64,000 nucleotides of DNA from Dictyostelium discoideum (GCA_000004695.1 CM000152.2:6144001-6208000), one strand, 5' to 3'. Counted from the stretch's first letter, positions 1 to 13,505 are shown. The notes: generated from the letters alone by a model not told the origin. Translations and numbers: made by a program.

Positions 1-331
1 TATCAACCTATTTAAGATTTTTAATAATATTTCATGTCTTATAAATTTTGAATGATTAATAATCCCATCAAATTTTTTTGTTTTTTTTTTTTTTTTAAAA
101 AAAAACACAGCAACGAACAATAACTCCTTTTAAAATACTTTGTATATAATAATAATAAGCTTGTGTATCATTTTTATTTTTATTTTTATTTTTATTTTTG
201 GAGTTTTGTGTTTTGTGGTTTCCTCCAAAATTTCTTTATTTTTAATATAGTTTATTTTAATTATCATTTTATCAAAAGTTTTGTCTTAAAATCGACAGTT
301 TTATTTATTTATTTATCTATTTATTATTAAT

Positions 332-366
<35 letters not shown>

Positions 367-449
367 CTATTATTTGTTTTATTAACTTCAATAACTAATT
401 TTTTTTATTTTTTTTTATTCTTTTTTATCAAGATCGGAAAATCCAGTGG

Positions 450-482
<33 letters not shown>

Positions 483-528
483 AAAAAATAAAATCAAAAA
501 AAAAAAATAATCGAATCGAATTTACATT

Positions 529-640
529 ATGAATCAAATAAATTATTTGACATCCGAACGAAACTTTTTACCACCAACCGATCGTGATATATTAAACTTA
601 GGGAATAATAGTAGTAATAGTAATAATAATAGTAGTAGTA

Positions 641-703
<63 letters not shown>

Positions 704-981
704 GTAATAGTAATAGTAATAGTAATAATAATAATAATAATAATAGTAATAATAATAATAGTAGTAGCTCACCAGATCACATGTCGCTTCATTCAAATGG
801 TATGGATATACACCATAATCAACAGAACCATCATTATCAAAATATTCAACATCAACCACATCATTTCCAACAAAACTACGATGAAAGAAGAATAGATTAT
901 GGAAATAATAATAATAACAATAATACAAATTCAATGAATAATTCTAATAATAATTCTAATAATAATTCTAATAATAATTCA

Positions 982-1035
<54 letters not shown>

Positions 1036-2082
1036 TCAAATAATAATAATAATTCAAATAACAATAATTTTAATTATAATATTAAACAACAACCACAACA
1101 AACATTACAAAATCAAATTGTAAATATGAACGGTAATATTATTACATCGAATGGAAACCATCATTATCCAACGCCCCATATGCTTTATGCTAGAATGGCG
1201 GAAATAGTGGAGGAACCTTTATATGTAAATGCAAAACAATATAATAGAATTTTAAAAAGACGTGCAGCTCGTGCAAAATTAGAATCTGAAAATAAGTTAC
1301 CAAAAACTAGAAAAGCATATCAACATGAAAGTAGACATCAACATGCAATTAGAAGACAAAGAGGTTGTGGTGGTAGATTCTTAACAAAAGCTGATCAAGC
1401 AAAATTAGATGCTCAAAATGCTGCTAATGCCGCTGCTGCTGCTGCCAATCCAAATGCTAGCTCCACATCTACAACCACTTCAAATATTACCAACAACAAT
1501 AATAATAATAATAACAACAACAACACAAATAATAATAATAATAATAATAACACAAATGTAAATGGTAGTGGTGGTAGTGGTGGTAGTAATAAAATCGCTT
1601 CTTCTGATGATGATATTGAAAATGATGTTGAAAATGATAGTGATAGTGCCAATATTAAAAATAATTCAAATAGTCCAAATCAATCTTCCTCCTCTCCTCC
1701 TCCTTCAAAATCTAAAGTTGTTAAAAAATCAAATACTATAAATAAAAGAAATAATAATATTAATAATAATAATAATAATAATAACAACAATAATAATGAG
1801 AAAACGCAACCAATATCTTCTTCATCTTCTTCTTCTTCACCTTTACTAAATAATGGTCATATACAGGCTCAACAAAATCAATCACCATCCTCTTCACCAT
1901 CTCAAAATCTTCCTCCATTAAATTTTAGTAATAACATTAATAACAATATCAATAATAATGGCAATCCGACAAATTTTAATAATAACAATCCAAATAATAA
2001 TCCAAATAATAATAATAATAATAATCCAAATAATAATAGTTTCCTTCCGCCACTTTCAAATTTTTCAAATAATAGATCCTAG
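529..2082 (+). CDS. nfyA: CCAAT-binding factor NF-YA/HAP2 subunit (CBFB_NFYA domain). Single 517-aa ORF with very long poly-Asn/Ser tracts.
   Basis: The translation contains the diagnostic NF-YA core '[21 protein letters not shown]...[25 protein letters not shown]', which has the subunit-interaction and DNA-binding halves in canonical spacing. The flanks are (AAT)n-encoded poly-N. Confidence 0.85.
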
Positions 2083-2479
2083 AATTTAAAAATCTATAAA
2101 ATGACATATATAATCCAAAAAAAAAAAAAAAAAAAAAATTCTAAGACATATAAATATGTAAAATAATTAATATATAAATAATACTCATATAGGTGTTATA
2201 CATATAAACAATCTTTATTAATCCCTGTATAAACAAACGAAAAAAGAAAAATAAAAAAAATAAAAAATAAAAAAAAAATACTTCCCCTTATATATATATA
2301 TAGAATTAAATAATAATAAAAAAAAAAAAAATAAAATAAAGTTTTGATGATTTCAATGCTATTAAAAATTTTTTTTAAAAAAAAAAAAAACCCTATTTCT
2401 TTTTTTCGAATGATACTATTTTTTTTTTTTTTTGTTTATTCTTTATTTTTATTTTATTTTATTTTTTTTGATTAATTAA

Positions 2480-3080
2480 TTAATCACTTTCATCAAAAAT
2501 TTCTAAATCCAAAAAAACACCACCCGCAAAGATAAGAGAATCTTCATTTGTAAATACAAGTGTTGAATCGTTAACTGAAGATTCTGCTAAAAATTGAATT
2601 GCAAATTCTAATGATACTGGTGTTTTAAATATTTTTTGTTTACTTGTTGAAATTTTACTAATACTTGTAGTTCCTCTAGTAATAAATGCATATTTAACTT
2701 TAAAATCTTTAATCTTTTCTAAAATATCATTTGGTATTGATTTATATAATGTATCAAAAGTTAATGGACATTTTACTAAAATAAATATAAAAATAAAAAT
2801 AAAAATAAAAAAATAAGAAAATTTAAAATTTAAAATTTAAATTAATACATTAAAATTATAATAGTTAATAAATTTTTGAAAAAAATAAATGAATAAATAA
2901 ATGATATTTACCATTGTTTTCATTATTATTTATAGTACAATCGCTTTCATTATTTTCATGATTTCCATTTTCATTGCTATTATTATTTATATTATCATCA
3001 ATTGTTGAACCTGTCTCTCCACTTGATGATTCTAAACTAAATCTAATACCATTTGATTTTACTTTCTTTGGTCTTTCCAT
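2480..3080 (-). CDS. Small protein of about 154 aa with an acidic C-terminus ('...DLEIFDESD'), function unknown. Two exons (3080..2912 and 2775..2480) separated by one 136-bp AT intron.
   Basis: The 71-aa minus ORF (MERPKKVKSNGIRF...) runs into GTAAAT at about 2911. Downstream, an open minus-strand frame (KCPLTFDTLYKSIPNDILEKIKDFKVKYAFITRGTTSISK...LDLEIFDESD*) follows a TTTTAG acceptor at about 2776. The phase is consistent (1 nt + 2 nt). Confidence 0.45.
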
Positions 3081-3704
3081 GTCGTTCTAATTTTTTTATT
3101 TTTTTTTATTTATATATTTAAATTTGTTTTTTTTTTTTTTAATATTTATTTATTGATAAATATGCGTTGATTTTATGTTACAATTAATATTTGTTGTGTG
3201 TGTTTTTTTTTTTTTTTTTGAGTTGTTTTTGAAAATAAAAATACAATTGAGATTTATGTGGTCAGAGGTTTATTATTATTATTATTATTTTTTTTTTTTT
3301 TTTTTATTTTTATTATTATTTCGCAAAGATTTTAATTTATTTTTTATTTTTTTATTTTTTTATTTTTTTATTTTTAATAATTTTTTTATTTTTTTTATTT
3401 GAAATTAATTGATATGTTGGTATTTATAACGTATGATGATGGGGGTTGTGAATTTGTTCGTGTGGTTAGAGTTGCTATTAATAAAATTGCTATTGAAAAA
3501 AAAAAAAAAAAAAATGAAAAAAAAAAAAAAAAAAAAATTGAAAAAAAATAAAAATAAAAAAAAAAAATAAAAATAAAAAAAAAAAATCGAGGGCTGGAAA
3601 TTCAAAGAAAATAGAGACCAGGTCAAACAAAGATTTTTTTTTTTTTTTTTTTTGTAGTAAGAAATTATTTAATATTTTTTTAGTTTTTTTTTTTTTTTAA
3701 AGAC

Positions 3705-6679
3705 TTATTTTTTAGATTTTCTAAATGTTCTATACACAAAGATTTTGAAACGAAGGGATTTGGACAAGGCAATTTTTAAAATAATAATTGCAGAAATAAA
3801 AAATACAACAGAACCAACGATAATACCAGCTAATTGACCTTTAGTTAAAGATGATTCGGATGATGAGCAAATTGAATTTGGAGAATTAGAATTTACAGCT
3901 TGGTTATCTAATAAAAGTGAAAAATCAGGATCTATAGTTACAGAGGTTTCATATTGACCAACCACAATACCAATATACGATTGCACATTATTTTCATTTG
4001 ATATTGAATTTAATTTTGAATCTAATAATTCATTTGTGATTGTTACTATTTTCCCATCAACAATACCACGTTTTAAAAATCTACCATAAATACTATTACT
4101 TGAAACTTGAAGTTTAATATAATTTGAATTATCTAATGTTGTATCACCAAATTCTTTACCTGAACAAATATCATTTTCATTTGATTGAATTTGAGCTTCA
4201 ATTATAACTTGTAAATTATTTAATTTATTTGAGAATTTATATGATGATAATTCTACTGTATATTTAATTGTTGATGGATTCATTATTAATTCTTGATTTG
4301 CAAATGTAATATTACTTTTTTTTTCAAACCATTCTAATGTTACATTAATTGTTGTTGTTATGTTATTATTAATAATTGTTGATTGATAATTTAATATTGT
4401 TGATGAAATACTATTATAATACCATTTATCAATATAATGAATTTTAACTTGTTCACCATTGATTGAATTTACTTCTCTAATTGCTATAATTGATATATTA
4501 CTTTTAACTTGATAATTATTATTAACATTACTAGAATTATTATTGCTATTATCAATAACTGTAGTCAGTTTATCTTCTTTGGTTTTGGTTGTGGTATAAT
4601 TATAACTTTTGAGCTACAATCTAAACCAACATAAGGAGAATAACAAATACCACCTACATTTTCTTTACAATAACCTTGTTCCGAACTACTACATACTGGA
4701 TTACCTAAACAAATTTGAGGTTTATTAGTTGGTGTTGGTGTTGATGGGGTTGGAGTTGGAGTTGGAGTTGGGGTTGGGGTTGAAAATTGAAAATTATAAA
4801 TGGTTGGAGTAATTGTAAAATTATTAGAACTTTCAAGTTTAATTGTGTTATAAACTTCAATATTATTTTTAATAATAATTTCATTAGTATTGGTAACCCA
4901 AATTGAACAATATCATAAACAATTTCAAAAGCACCTTCTATAATTGACCCTGATATTAATTTATCAGAATAATATTGATTAAATCTTTGATCATCATTTG
5001 TTGGTATTTGAATAAATCATACCATATTTATCAAACTTGAAATCTAAGAAAAAACTTAAATTCTGTTAGAAAGATAACTTTAGAATCTATTATTTGTGGA
5101 ATTGATAATTCAATATTTGAATTTAATGCTGTGACAGATATATCTAAACCAACAGAACCTTCTGTTTTACATATATAACTATAATTTTTTTGAAGTTAAA
5201 CCAGATACTGGTACTGATATTCCTAATACATAATTTGGGTTACTACCTCTTAGAAATCCATATGGGAATGATTTAAACTATATTTCTGATTTCCATTATA
5301 GAATTGATTATATTCATGATTATATGGTGCTACTCCTACAGTATCCTCTATACTAAACATATTCATTATATCAATTTCAATTGGAACATTATAAAAACTT
5401 GAACTTGGAATTGGTGATCCTCCAATCACTATACAAATATAACTATTAATTTAAATGATTCATTTTATGTAATACATATATATATATATTAATAATACAT
5501 ACATTTTAAATTTGTTTTAAAATCAAAACTTTCAAATGTTGAATCTTCTTTTCTTCTTAAGAGTGTATCATTTCTTTTTTCAGAATTAGGTTGGACAAAA
5601 CAAATATAAGTCATTTTACCTAAATTACCATAAATCGGTTTTGAAATAGAGTAATAATAAATTCCTTGATTTAAAATTACTACTGGGTATACAACTCTTT
5701 GTAATAATGAACTTGATTGGAATGTTATAATAGTTCCTAAAAATTCGCCCTCAACTGAAGCACTTCCCAATGGATTTTGTTTTAAATTTAAAATTTCATG
5801 TGAATTTGTATTTCTACCAATATATTCCAAATATAAATATAAGCAAACAAAAAAATAAATAATAAATATGTAAATATAAATTCTTTTTTTTTTATTATTA
5901 TTATTTATTGTAATTTTATAAAATACTTACTTGTTGTATTGTATGGTACTAAAATTGTTAAATTTTTATTATTTGAAAAATTTAATTCTGTTTCCCAAAT
6001 TGAAAAGTTTGATGTTTTCAAAATATAATACTTTTCTGTATACTTTATACGAAACATACTTTGACCAAGTGATGTTATTTTAAATAAAGTAGAATCATAG
6101 AATTCACTGATACTAATAGAATCAGGAAAATCTTCTAATTTAAAGATTGATGAAAATTTTAATATTGAACTCCATGTCACATCTTGAATAATGATATATG
6201 AATTTACTTGAAAACCTATACAACAATTAATAAATAAAAAAATGAAAAATGTTACAAAAAATGAAAAGTGTTACAAAAAATAAAAAATGAATAATAAATA
6301 GTAAAAATAATAATTTAATTGATATTTAATATTTACCTTTACATTTAAAATCAATTGTTAAATTATCTTTTAATATATCATTATTTACAGAAAAGTTTAT
6401 TTGATTAGTCCCAACATAAACGTAACTTGTACAAGTAAATAAAGTTGCAGTATTATTTTGACTGGAAATAGAACAACCAATTCCAGAATTCAAATTATTA
6501 ATTGGTTCCGTTGAATTTGTAGCAAGAACAATAAAAACTGTATAGCAAATATTAGTTTTTGTTGTATAGAATTTATGGGTTTCACTTAAATCAAAAAGGG
6601 TGAACTCTTTTCCATTTACAAAAATAATTAAAAAAATTATTACAAAAAAAAAAATAGAAAATATTTTATTTTTAATCAT
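3705..6679 (-). pseudogene. Heavily decayed paralogue of the 5-exon IPT/EGF-like membrane-glycoprotein family. A signal-peptide exon (6326..6679) and the C-terminal EGF/TM part (3705..4283) are recognisable. The middle is riddled with deletions and stops.
   Basis: 3705..4283 translates almost identically to the C-terminus of the 841-aa ORF at 16620..19145 (…ICSGKEFGDTTLDNSNYIKLQVSSNSIYGRFLKRGIVDG…TM…KSKK). 4283..5450 aligns to copy 1 but has no ORF of 60 aa or longer and is about 1.4 kb shorter. 6326..6679 encodes a signal peptide plus a Cys-containing N-terminal segment similar to exon 1 of the other copies. Confidence 0.6.
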
Positions 6680-7207
6680 TTTTATTTTTACTAAAAAATA
6701 AAAATAAAAAAAAAAAAAAATAAAGTTATAATTAATATATTATTAATATTTTTTTTTTTAATCCTTTTTTTAAATAAAAAAAAAAAAAAAAAAAAAAAAT
6801 TATTTTTAACAGATATTTGTTCTTTGAAAATGAGAGGGTTAGCACAAAAAAAAAAAAAATATCTTAAAAAATCGTAAAAAAGTTTTTTATTTTTTTAATA
6901 TTATTGTTATTTAAAATATCAAAACATAAATAAATTGGCCTTTTAAAAAAAATAATGACAATGAAGAGTTTAAACTGATTCTCTCATTTATCTTTTTTTT
7001 TTTTTTTATATTTTTATTCTAGCCTTCAAAAAATCTTCAAAAGCCAATCATTTGAACCTAAATCAAAAAAGGTGGACTCTATTAAATTTACAAAAAATAA
7101 TTAAAAAACCTATTGCAAAAAAAAAAGATAATTTTTTAAATTTGATCTTACTTATAATAAAATATAAATAATAATAATAATAGTTGTTTTTTTATTTTTT
7201 ATTTTTT

Positions 7208-8251
7208 TTAATAACAAATAATAATAAAAAATATAAAAACAGTAATAATTTTAACAATTTGACCTTTGAATAAAAATGATAATGAAGAAGAAGAAGAAGA
7301 AGAAGAAGAAGTTGATGATTCACTATTTATTTCAGATAATGGTGAGCAAATTGAATTTTTTGAATTGGAATTTGCTGCTTTCTCTAATGAAAGTGAAAAA
7401 TCAGCATTGAAAATTAGACTTGATTGATAAAAAGGAACCGAAATACCAATATATGATTCCACATTATTTGCTTTGGAATTAAAATCAGTAGGATATAAAC
7501 TATTTACTATTGTTGGATAGTTTTCACCATCAGCCAAACAATTTATTGGGAATCTACCTAAAAGAGTATTGTTTGAAACTTGAAGTCTAACATATCTAGA
7601 ATCATCTGGTTCTATTGTATAACCAAATTCTTTACTTGAGCAAATAGGATTATTGGTTTCATTTAATTGGACTTGAACTTTAAATATAATTTGTAAAACA
7701 TTTAAATGGCCTCCAAAAGCAAATGGAGAGAGATTAACTGAATATTTTATTTTTGAAAATTCTTGATCTTCAATTAATTCTTGTATTACATTAACTGTTG
7801 TTGTTACACCACCTTTTTCAATTGTTGTTTGATAATTTAAAATTTTATATATTGAACTACCTGATATTCTCTGAATATTAAGATTATAACTAGTCACTGT
7901 TTCACCATAAACATCAAGTTCTCTGATTTCAGTTAATAAAATAACATATGGCGTTGTTGTTGGTGTTGGTGTTGTTGTTGGTGTTGGTGTTGGTGTTGGT
8001 GTTGGTGTTGGTGTTGGTGTTGGTGTTGGTATAATTATAACTATTGAAGTACAATCAATGCCTGTATAAGGTGTATAACAAATACAACCAATATTTTCTT
8101 TACAATAACCTTGTTCTGGTCCACCACATATTGGATTACCTCGACAATTTTGAAGTGAATTGGTTGGAGTTGTTGTTGGTGTTGGTCCTTGACCTCTAAT
8201 TAAAATAAAACAAAAGAAAAAAATAAAAAGGGTGGATAATCTGTAAAACAT
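7208..8251 (-). CDS. Compact single-exon secreted/type I membrane protein of about 348 aa. Order: signal peptide, Thr/Pro linker, one EGF-like Cys module, (PT)n linker, a roughly 200-aa juxtamembrane domain, TM helix, very short tail. It corresponds to the stand-alone C-terminal module of the large family.
   Basis: The likely start is the internal Met 'MFYRLSTLFIFFFCFILIRG', since the upstream part of the listed ORF is poly-K/F junk. It contains 'CRGNPICGGPEQGYCKENIGCICYTPYTGIDCTS', (PT)n, then 'EIRELD...VTSY...', and ends in a hydrophobic helix. This is homologous to 8994..10040 and to the C-terminal 330 aa of 16620..19145. Confidence 0.6.
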   Translation of the reverse strand: MFYRLSTLFIFFFCFILIRGQGPTPTTTPTNSLQNCRGNPICGGPEQGYCKENIGCICYTPYTGIDCTSIVIIIPTPTPTPTPTPTPTPTPTTTPTPTTTPYVILLTEIRELDVYGETVTSYNLNIQRISGSSIYKILNYQTTIEKGGVTTTVNVIQELIEDQEFSKIKYSVNLSPFAFGGHLNVLQIIFKVQVQLNETNNPICSSKEFGYTIEPDDSRYVRLQVSNNTLLGRFPINCLADGENYPTIVNSLYPTDFNSKANNVESYIGISVPFYQSSLIFNADFSLSLEKAANSNSKNSICSPLSEINSESSTSSSSSSSSSLSFLFKGQIVKIITVFIFFIIICY

Positions 8252-8557
8252 TTTTTTTTTTTTAACATAAAAAATAAAAATAAAAAAAAAAAAAAATTGA
8301 AAAACAAAAGTATTGAATAAAAAAAAGAAGTTTTCTTTTTGTTTTTTTTTTTGAATTTTTTTTTTTAGAATTTGCATTTTTTTCTAAGGGGAGCTTCATA
8401 GAAAATAAAAAATTAAAAGTAAAAAAAAAAAGAGGCGACAACCCACCAGCACTGCATAAAATTACTTTTCTCCACTTAAATGCTGAAATTATTACACCAA
8501 ACACCTTAATTTTTTCACAAAGAAGATATTTTAGAATTTGAAAGAATATTTAGATAT

Positions 8558-8607
<50 letters not shown>

Positions 8608-8993
8608 AAGGTGTAAATAATGGTAGTTAATTAAATTAATTTTTTTTATTTTATATTTTTTTCATTTAATTATACACTTATATTTTTTTTTTTCAGTTTT
8701 AAAAATTTTTAGTTCTAATTATTTGAATCTTTTAATCCAAAAAATAAAAGAAGTCTTGTTATTTTTTAAAAAAAAAAAAAAAAAAAAATCCCAATCAACT
8801 GCACTTAAATCAAATAATGGTTAATTCTATACCATTTACAAAAACAATTAAAAAACTTATTTCAAAAAAAAAAAAGATAATATTTTAAATTAATAATTAC
8901 TAATAATAAAATTAAAAATAAAAATAAAAATAATAATAGTTTTTTTTTTATTTTTTTTTATTTTTTTTTGCCTTTTTATTTAATTGTTCACAA

Positions 8994-10040
8994 TTAACAA
9001 ATAATTATTAAAAATATAAAAACAGTAATAATTTTAACAAATTGACCTTTGAATAAAAATGATGATAATGAAGAAGAAGAAGAAGAAGAAGTTAATGACG
9101 ATTCACTATTTTCAGATAATGATGAGGATGGAGATGAACTAGATTGTGATTCTTCAGATGGTGAGCAAACTGAATTTGGTGAATTAGAATTTGCTGCTTT
9201 CCCTAGTGAAAATGAAAAATCAGAATCAAAAATTATCCATGATTGATAATTAGGAATTGAAATACCAATATGTGATTCCACATTATTGGCTTTGGATTTC
9301 AAATCGCCAGAATCTAAACTAATTGATGATGTTGATATGATTTTAGCATCAGCGAAACAACTATTTGGGAATCTACTTAAAAGAGTACTATTTGCAACTT
9401 GAAGTCTAACATAGCTAGAATCATCTGGTTGTGTTGTAAAAGCATATTCTTTACTCGAGCAAATAGTCGTATTACTAGTTTCATTTAATTGAACTTGTAC
9501 TTTAAATATAATTTGTAAAACATTTAAAGCACTTTGAAAAGCATATTGTGAGAGATTAACTGAATATTTTATTTTTGTTAATTCTTGATCTTCAAGTAAT
9601 TCTTTTGTTACATTAACTCTTGTTGTTACACCACCTTGTAGAATTGTTGTTTGATAATATGATATATTGTTTAAATTTCCTATTATTCCCCAATTAGTAA
9701 GAATATGACTAGTCACTGTTTTACCATCAAAATCAAGTTCTCTGATTTCAGTTATTAAAATAACATATTCACTATTACTATCATCATCGATTTCAGTGTT
9801 TGGTGCCTCTTGTGATGATATTGGTGTTGGTATAATTATAACTTTTGAAGTACAATCTAAACCTACATAAGGTGAATAACAAACACAACTATTTTCGAAA
9901 CAATAACCTTGTTCTGGTCCACCACATATTGGATTACCTTGACAATTTTGAAGTGAATCAGTTGGCGTTGTTGTTGGTGTTGCTTTAATTAAAACAAAAT
10001 AAAAGAAAAAAATAAAAAGGAAGGATAATCTGGAAACCAT
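8994..10040 (-). CDS. Second compact EGF-like/TM family member (348 aa, single exon). Order: signal peptide, 'CQGNPICGGPEQGYCFENSCVCYSPYVGLDCTS', acidic insert, juxtamembrane domain, TM.
   Basis: Full ORF with an N-terminal signal peptide (MVSRLSFLFIFFFYFVLIKA), a C-terminal hydrophobic anchor, and block-wise identity to 7208..8251 (…QTTI..GGVTT.VNV..EL.EDQE..KIKYSVNLS..AF…). Confidence 0.65.
   Translation of the reverse strand: MVSRLSFLFIFFFYFVLIKATPTTTPTDSLQNCQGNPICGGPEQGYCFENSCVCYSPYVGLDCTSKVIIIPTPISSQEAPNTEIDDDSNSEYVILITEIRELDFDGKTVTSHILTNWGIIGNLNNISYYQTTILQGGVTTRVNVTKELLEDQELTKIKYSVNLSQYAFQSALNVLQIIFKVQVQLNETSNTTICSSKEYAFTTQPDDSSYVRLQVANSTLLSRFPNSCFADAKIISTSSISLDSGDLKSKANNVESHIGISIPNYQSWIIFDSDFSFSLGKAANSNSPNSVCSPSEESQSSSSPSSSLSENSESSLTSSSSSSSLSSFLFKGQFVKIITVFIFLIIIC
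9049..9246 (+). other. Antisense low-complexity ORF (poly-Glu/Asp), not a gene.
   Basis: It lies wholly inside the Ser-rich region of the minus-strand CDS 8994..10040, and its composition is the complement of (TCT/TCA)n. Confidence 0.7.
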
Positions 10041-11211
10041 TTTCTTTTTTTTTTTTCTCTAAAAAACATAAAAAAAAAAAAAAATAGAAATTGTATAAAA
10101 AAAAAAGTTAAAAAAACAACATTGAAGATAAAAAAAAAAAATTACGAGTTTCCTTTTTGTTGATTTTTTTTTTTTTTTTTTTTCTTTTTTCTTTTTTACA
10201 GAAATTGCTTTTTTTTAAAAAAAGGATTTTTACTGAGATATTTTTTTTTTTTTTATCTTCATCAATGCTGGTTTTTAAAAAAAAAAAAAAATAAAAAAAA
10301 AAAATAAAAAAAAAAAAAAAAAAATTAAAAATCAATTAATAGAAATTTTAAATTTCATTAAAAAAAAACTTTTCAAATTTCAATTGATTTTTGATAATAT
10401 CCCCCTCCCAATCAAAGTTTAATTCAACTGTTGAAAAAAAAAAAAAACCCAGATTTTTTATTTTATGAGAATAAATATCTATAGGAGAAGCAACTAACAA
10501 TTTCATTTATTAAAATCAATAAAAAAAATAAAATATACAAAAACTAAAATTTATTTATTTATTCTCTTCATTATTTATTTATTTATTTTTTTTTTTTTTT
10601 ATTCAGAATTCTTTCTTGGTTCTTTTTTTCTTTAATCAACGAGGCTTGTTTGATTGTTTGAAGGTTTTATAAACAAAAATTCTTAGACCAATAGATTTTG
10701 TGAATAATTTTTCCAACAACTATAACCATAGTTATATTATTTTAATTTTATTCTAATTAATTATTATTTTCTTTTTAATTAAATTATTTTTAAATTTATA
10801 TTATTATTTTATATGGTGATTTTGTGTGTGTGACATTTTTAATATCTGGTATCTAATATCTATTGTGAAAACCTTGTGAAATTAAAATTAAAATATTTTT
10901 TTTTTTTTTTTTTTTTTAATTACAACGGGAGAAAACCCCTTTAAACAAAACAATAAAACAAATTATTATTATTTTCTGAATTATGTGTGTTATAATAAAA
11001 TGTTGAAACAAAACTATATTCTAAATTATTATTATTTATTTTTGAATTGTTATTATTTAGTTGTGTTTAGTGAGTTTATTATATAAAATGAAACAATTTA
11101 TTAAAATAAATTAAGTTAGTAATAATTAATATTGAATTATTAATTCAATATTAATAGTTATTTTTAAATGTTCTGTTTAGAGCATTTCATGAAATTAAAT
11201 AAATGTTAGTA

Positions 11212-11891
11212 TTAACAAGATATTTTTGAGATCTTGTTACAATCCCAAATTGCAAAGCTGAAAACTGAGTTTAAAATACTATCTTGATTAAATAGATTAT
11301 AAAAATCACTATCTTGAAATGTTTTTGGATCGATTAATGTAAAACCAATTGGTAAATTCAGGTATTTATCTATATTATTAAAATTAAAATATATTATATT
11401 ATCAACTATTAGATCTGTAATATCTACATCATTAAACATAAAAGAAATATCTTTTTAATCTTTTAAATTATCAACACCTATAGATTATTTAATTTTTTTT
11501 AATTATTTAATTAGTTGGTAAATTATATTAAAATTTTCAATTTTTTTGATTTAACTTACTTTTTAATTGTATTGATGATAAAATTACTTGAATATTATGT
11601 GAATAAATGGAGCCTTCTCGATTTGGACTATAAAGTGAAAATGCATCTAAATGATTAAAAAAACCATCTGGTTATTTGTTGAACCATATTTAACGGCATC
11701 GTATAATATTTCAAAAACACCATTTTTAATATTACCAGGAACCAATGACTCTACATGAAATTCCAAAACATTATTATCAATAATTTATACCATATGTATC
11801 TAATATTATAAATCTAATAAAATAATAGAAATTACTTAAATATATGGTTTCATATGATTTTAAGATTGGTATAGTAGCGTCATTGACTATA
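11212..11891 (-). pseudogene. Fragment of a family member (start of exon 5 'MFNDVDITDLIVDNIIYFNFNNID...', intron 4 and the 3' part of exon 4), interrupted at 11891 by a TIR element. A 60-bp tail of the same exon resumes at 14087..14150.
   Basis: The 75-aa ORF 11212..11439 is about 75% identical to the start of 16620..19145. 11440..11885 aligns to the copy 1 intron 4/exon 4 sequence (19184..19620) with indels. Homology stops abruptly at the element boundary and at about 11235. Confidence 0.55.
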
Positions 11892-12397
11892 TGTCCCATG
11901 CCAAAATTACCATATTAATTTCAGCAGCCATATTAATTTTGGCATGGGACTTAGGTCTGCCAAAATTACCTTATTAATTTCAGCAGCCATATTAATTTCA
12001 GCATGTACATAGCTGCCAAAATTAATATGGTAATTTTGGCATAGAAAAAAAAAAAGTCAAAGTCATTTAATTAATAATCATCTCAAATATAAACAAAATT
12101 TTAGTACTAAAATTAATATTATTATTATTTTTATTTTAATAATTATAATAATAAAAAAAAAAAAAAAAAATTTTCATATTATTTTATTTATATCTTTTAT
12201 TTATTTTTATCTTTTTATTTTTATTATTAATTTTATAATTTATTTTCATTTCTTTTTTTTTTAGTTGAAAAAAATTTTTTTATTATTCATTTATTTCTAA
12301 GGCTAACAAAAAAAAAAAATTAAAAATAAAAAAAAAAAATAAAATAAAAAAAAAAAAAAAAAAATTAAAATAATTTTTTTTTTTTAATTTTTTTTTT

Positions 12398-13064
12398 TTA
12401 ATTATCTACTCTTCTACTTACTCTTTTGTTACTAACAGATGAAGTTTCGTTTGAAAATCTTTTGGTGAAAAAATCAGCATCAGATTGTAATTGATTAGCT
12501 CTTTTTTTACCCGTTTTGTTTTTGTTTGATTGAGTTGTGATTCCACCATTATTGGAAGTTGTTGCAGCTTCATGTGTTGATCTAACTTCGGTGGTAGAGT
12601 GCTCGATTGCTTTTCCAACTAGGTCATCTGTTGATTTTCTTTTGGTTATTTCGATATCCCTTTGCAATTTATTTTTACTTGAGAGTTTGGTGGCCTCTAT
12701 TCTAGAAGTAGGCTCAGTATTGTAATAAGCCTTTATAATAGCAGAATGACTATCTGCTTTATAATGATTACTGATGTGCTGTTGACACTGGTTTTGATTA
12801 ATCATATGAGAGACACCATCTTCATCTTTGTTAAGCCTAACCTTCTCTATAATCTTCACTAAGTCTTTTGGGTACCAATTTTTTCTTTTTATCTTTATCA
12901 ATATAAAACACTTCTTTAATAGTTGCCGTACCATATTCTACATTCTCAACAACATACTGTTTATCCAAAATGTTTTTCCAATAGCTTGTATTTTGTCCAC
13001 TCAATTTGGTATTATGAAATTTATAATCTATTTTAAATTTTACATCTTCGTCATATTTTTCCAA
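12398..13064 (-). CDS. ORF(s) carried inside the TIR element. A 75-aa ORF (12837..13064) and a 178-aa ORF (12398..12934) overlap in different frames and are probably one frameshifted or spliced gene. The product is basic and Ser/Thr/Lys-rich, with no recognisable DDE or other transposase motif.
   Basis: Two adjacent minus-strand ORFs with non-repetitive composition (MEKYDEDVKFKIDYKFHNTKL...; ...NWYPKDLVKIIEKVRLNKDEDGVSHMINQNQ...) lie between the inverted repeats. No match to any transposase family I can recognise by eye. Confidence 0.3.
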
Positions 13065-13354
13065 GAGTTTTTTTAATTTATTTTTATTATTTTTTCAATT
13101 TCTGTTGCAGAAAGTTGATTATTTAATTTATTGTCTTTACTGAAGACCATTTTTTGGAACGAAAACTTTAAAAAAATAAAAAAATAAAAAAAAAAATACT
13201 TTTTTTTTTTAATTTTTTTTTTTATATTTTTTTTTTTATATTTTTTTTTTTTAAATTTTTTTTTTTAATTTTTTTTTTTTATTTTATTTTTTTAAAGTTT
13301 CGAACAATTATATATAAAAAAAAAGTAAAAGATATCCCTTCGGTTAATTAAATA

Positions 13355-13362
13355 ATAGTAAT

Positions 13363-13406
<44 letters not shown>

Positions 13407-13408
13407 TA

Positions 13409-13500
<92 letters not shown>
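13355..13500. repeat. (AAT)n microsatellite of about 145 bp inside the TIR element.
   Basis: Direct reading: aataataataat… with one interruption. Confidence 0.9.

Positions 13501-13505
<5 letters not shown>

Noticed and set aside
1413-1652. 79-aa minus-strand ORF inside nfyA
   Set aside because: Antisense to the NF-YA coding region. The composition (poly-L/V/A) is the complement of the sense-strand poly-N/A codons.
12537-12725. 62-aa plus ORF inside the TIR element
   Set aside because: Antisense to the larger internal minus-strand ORF. No independent support.
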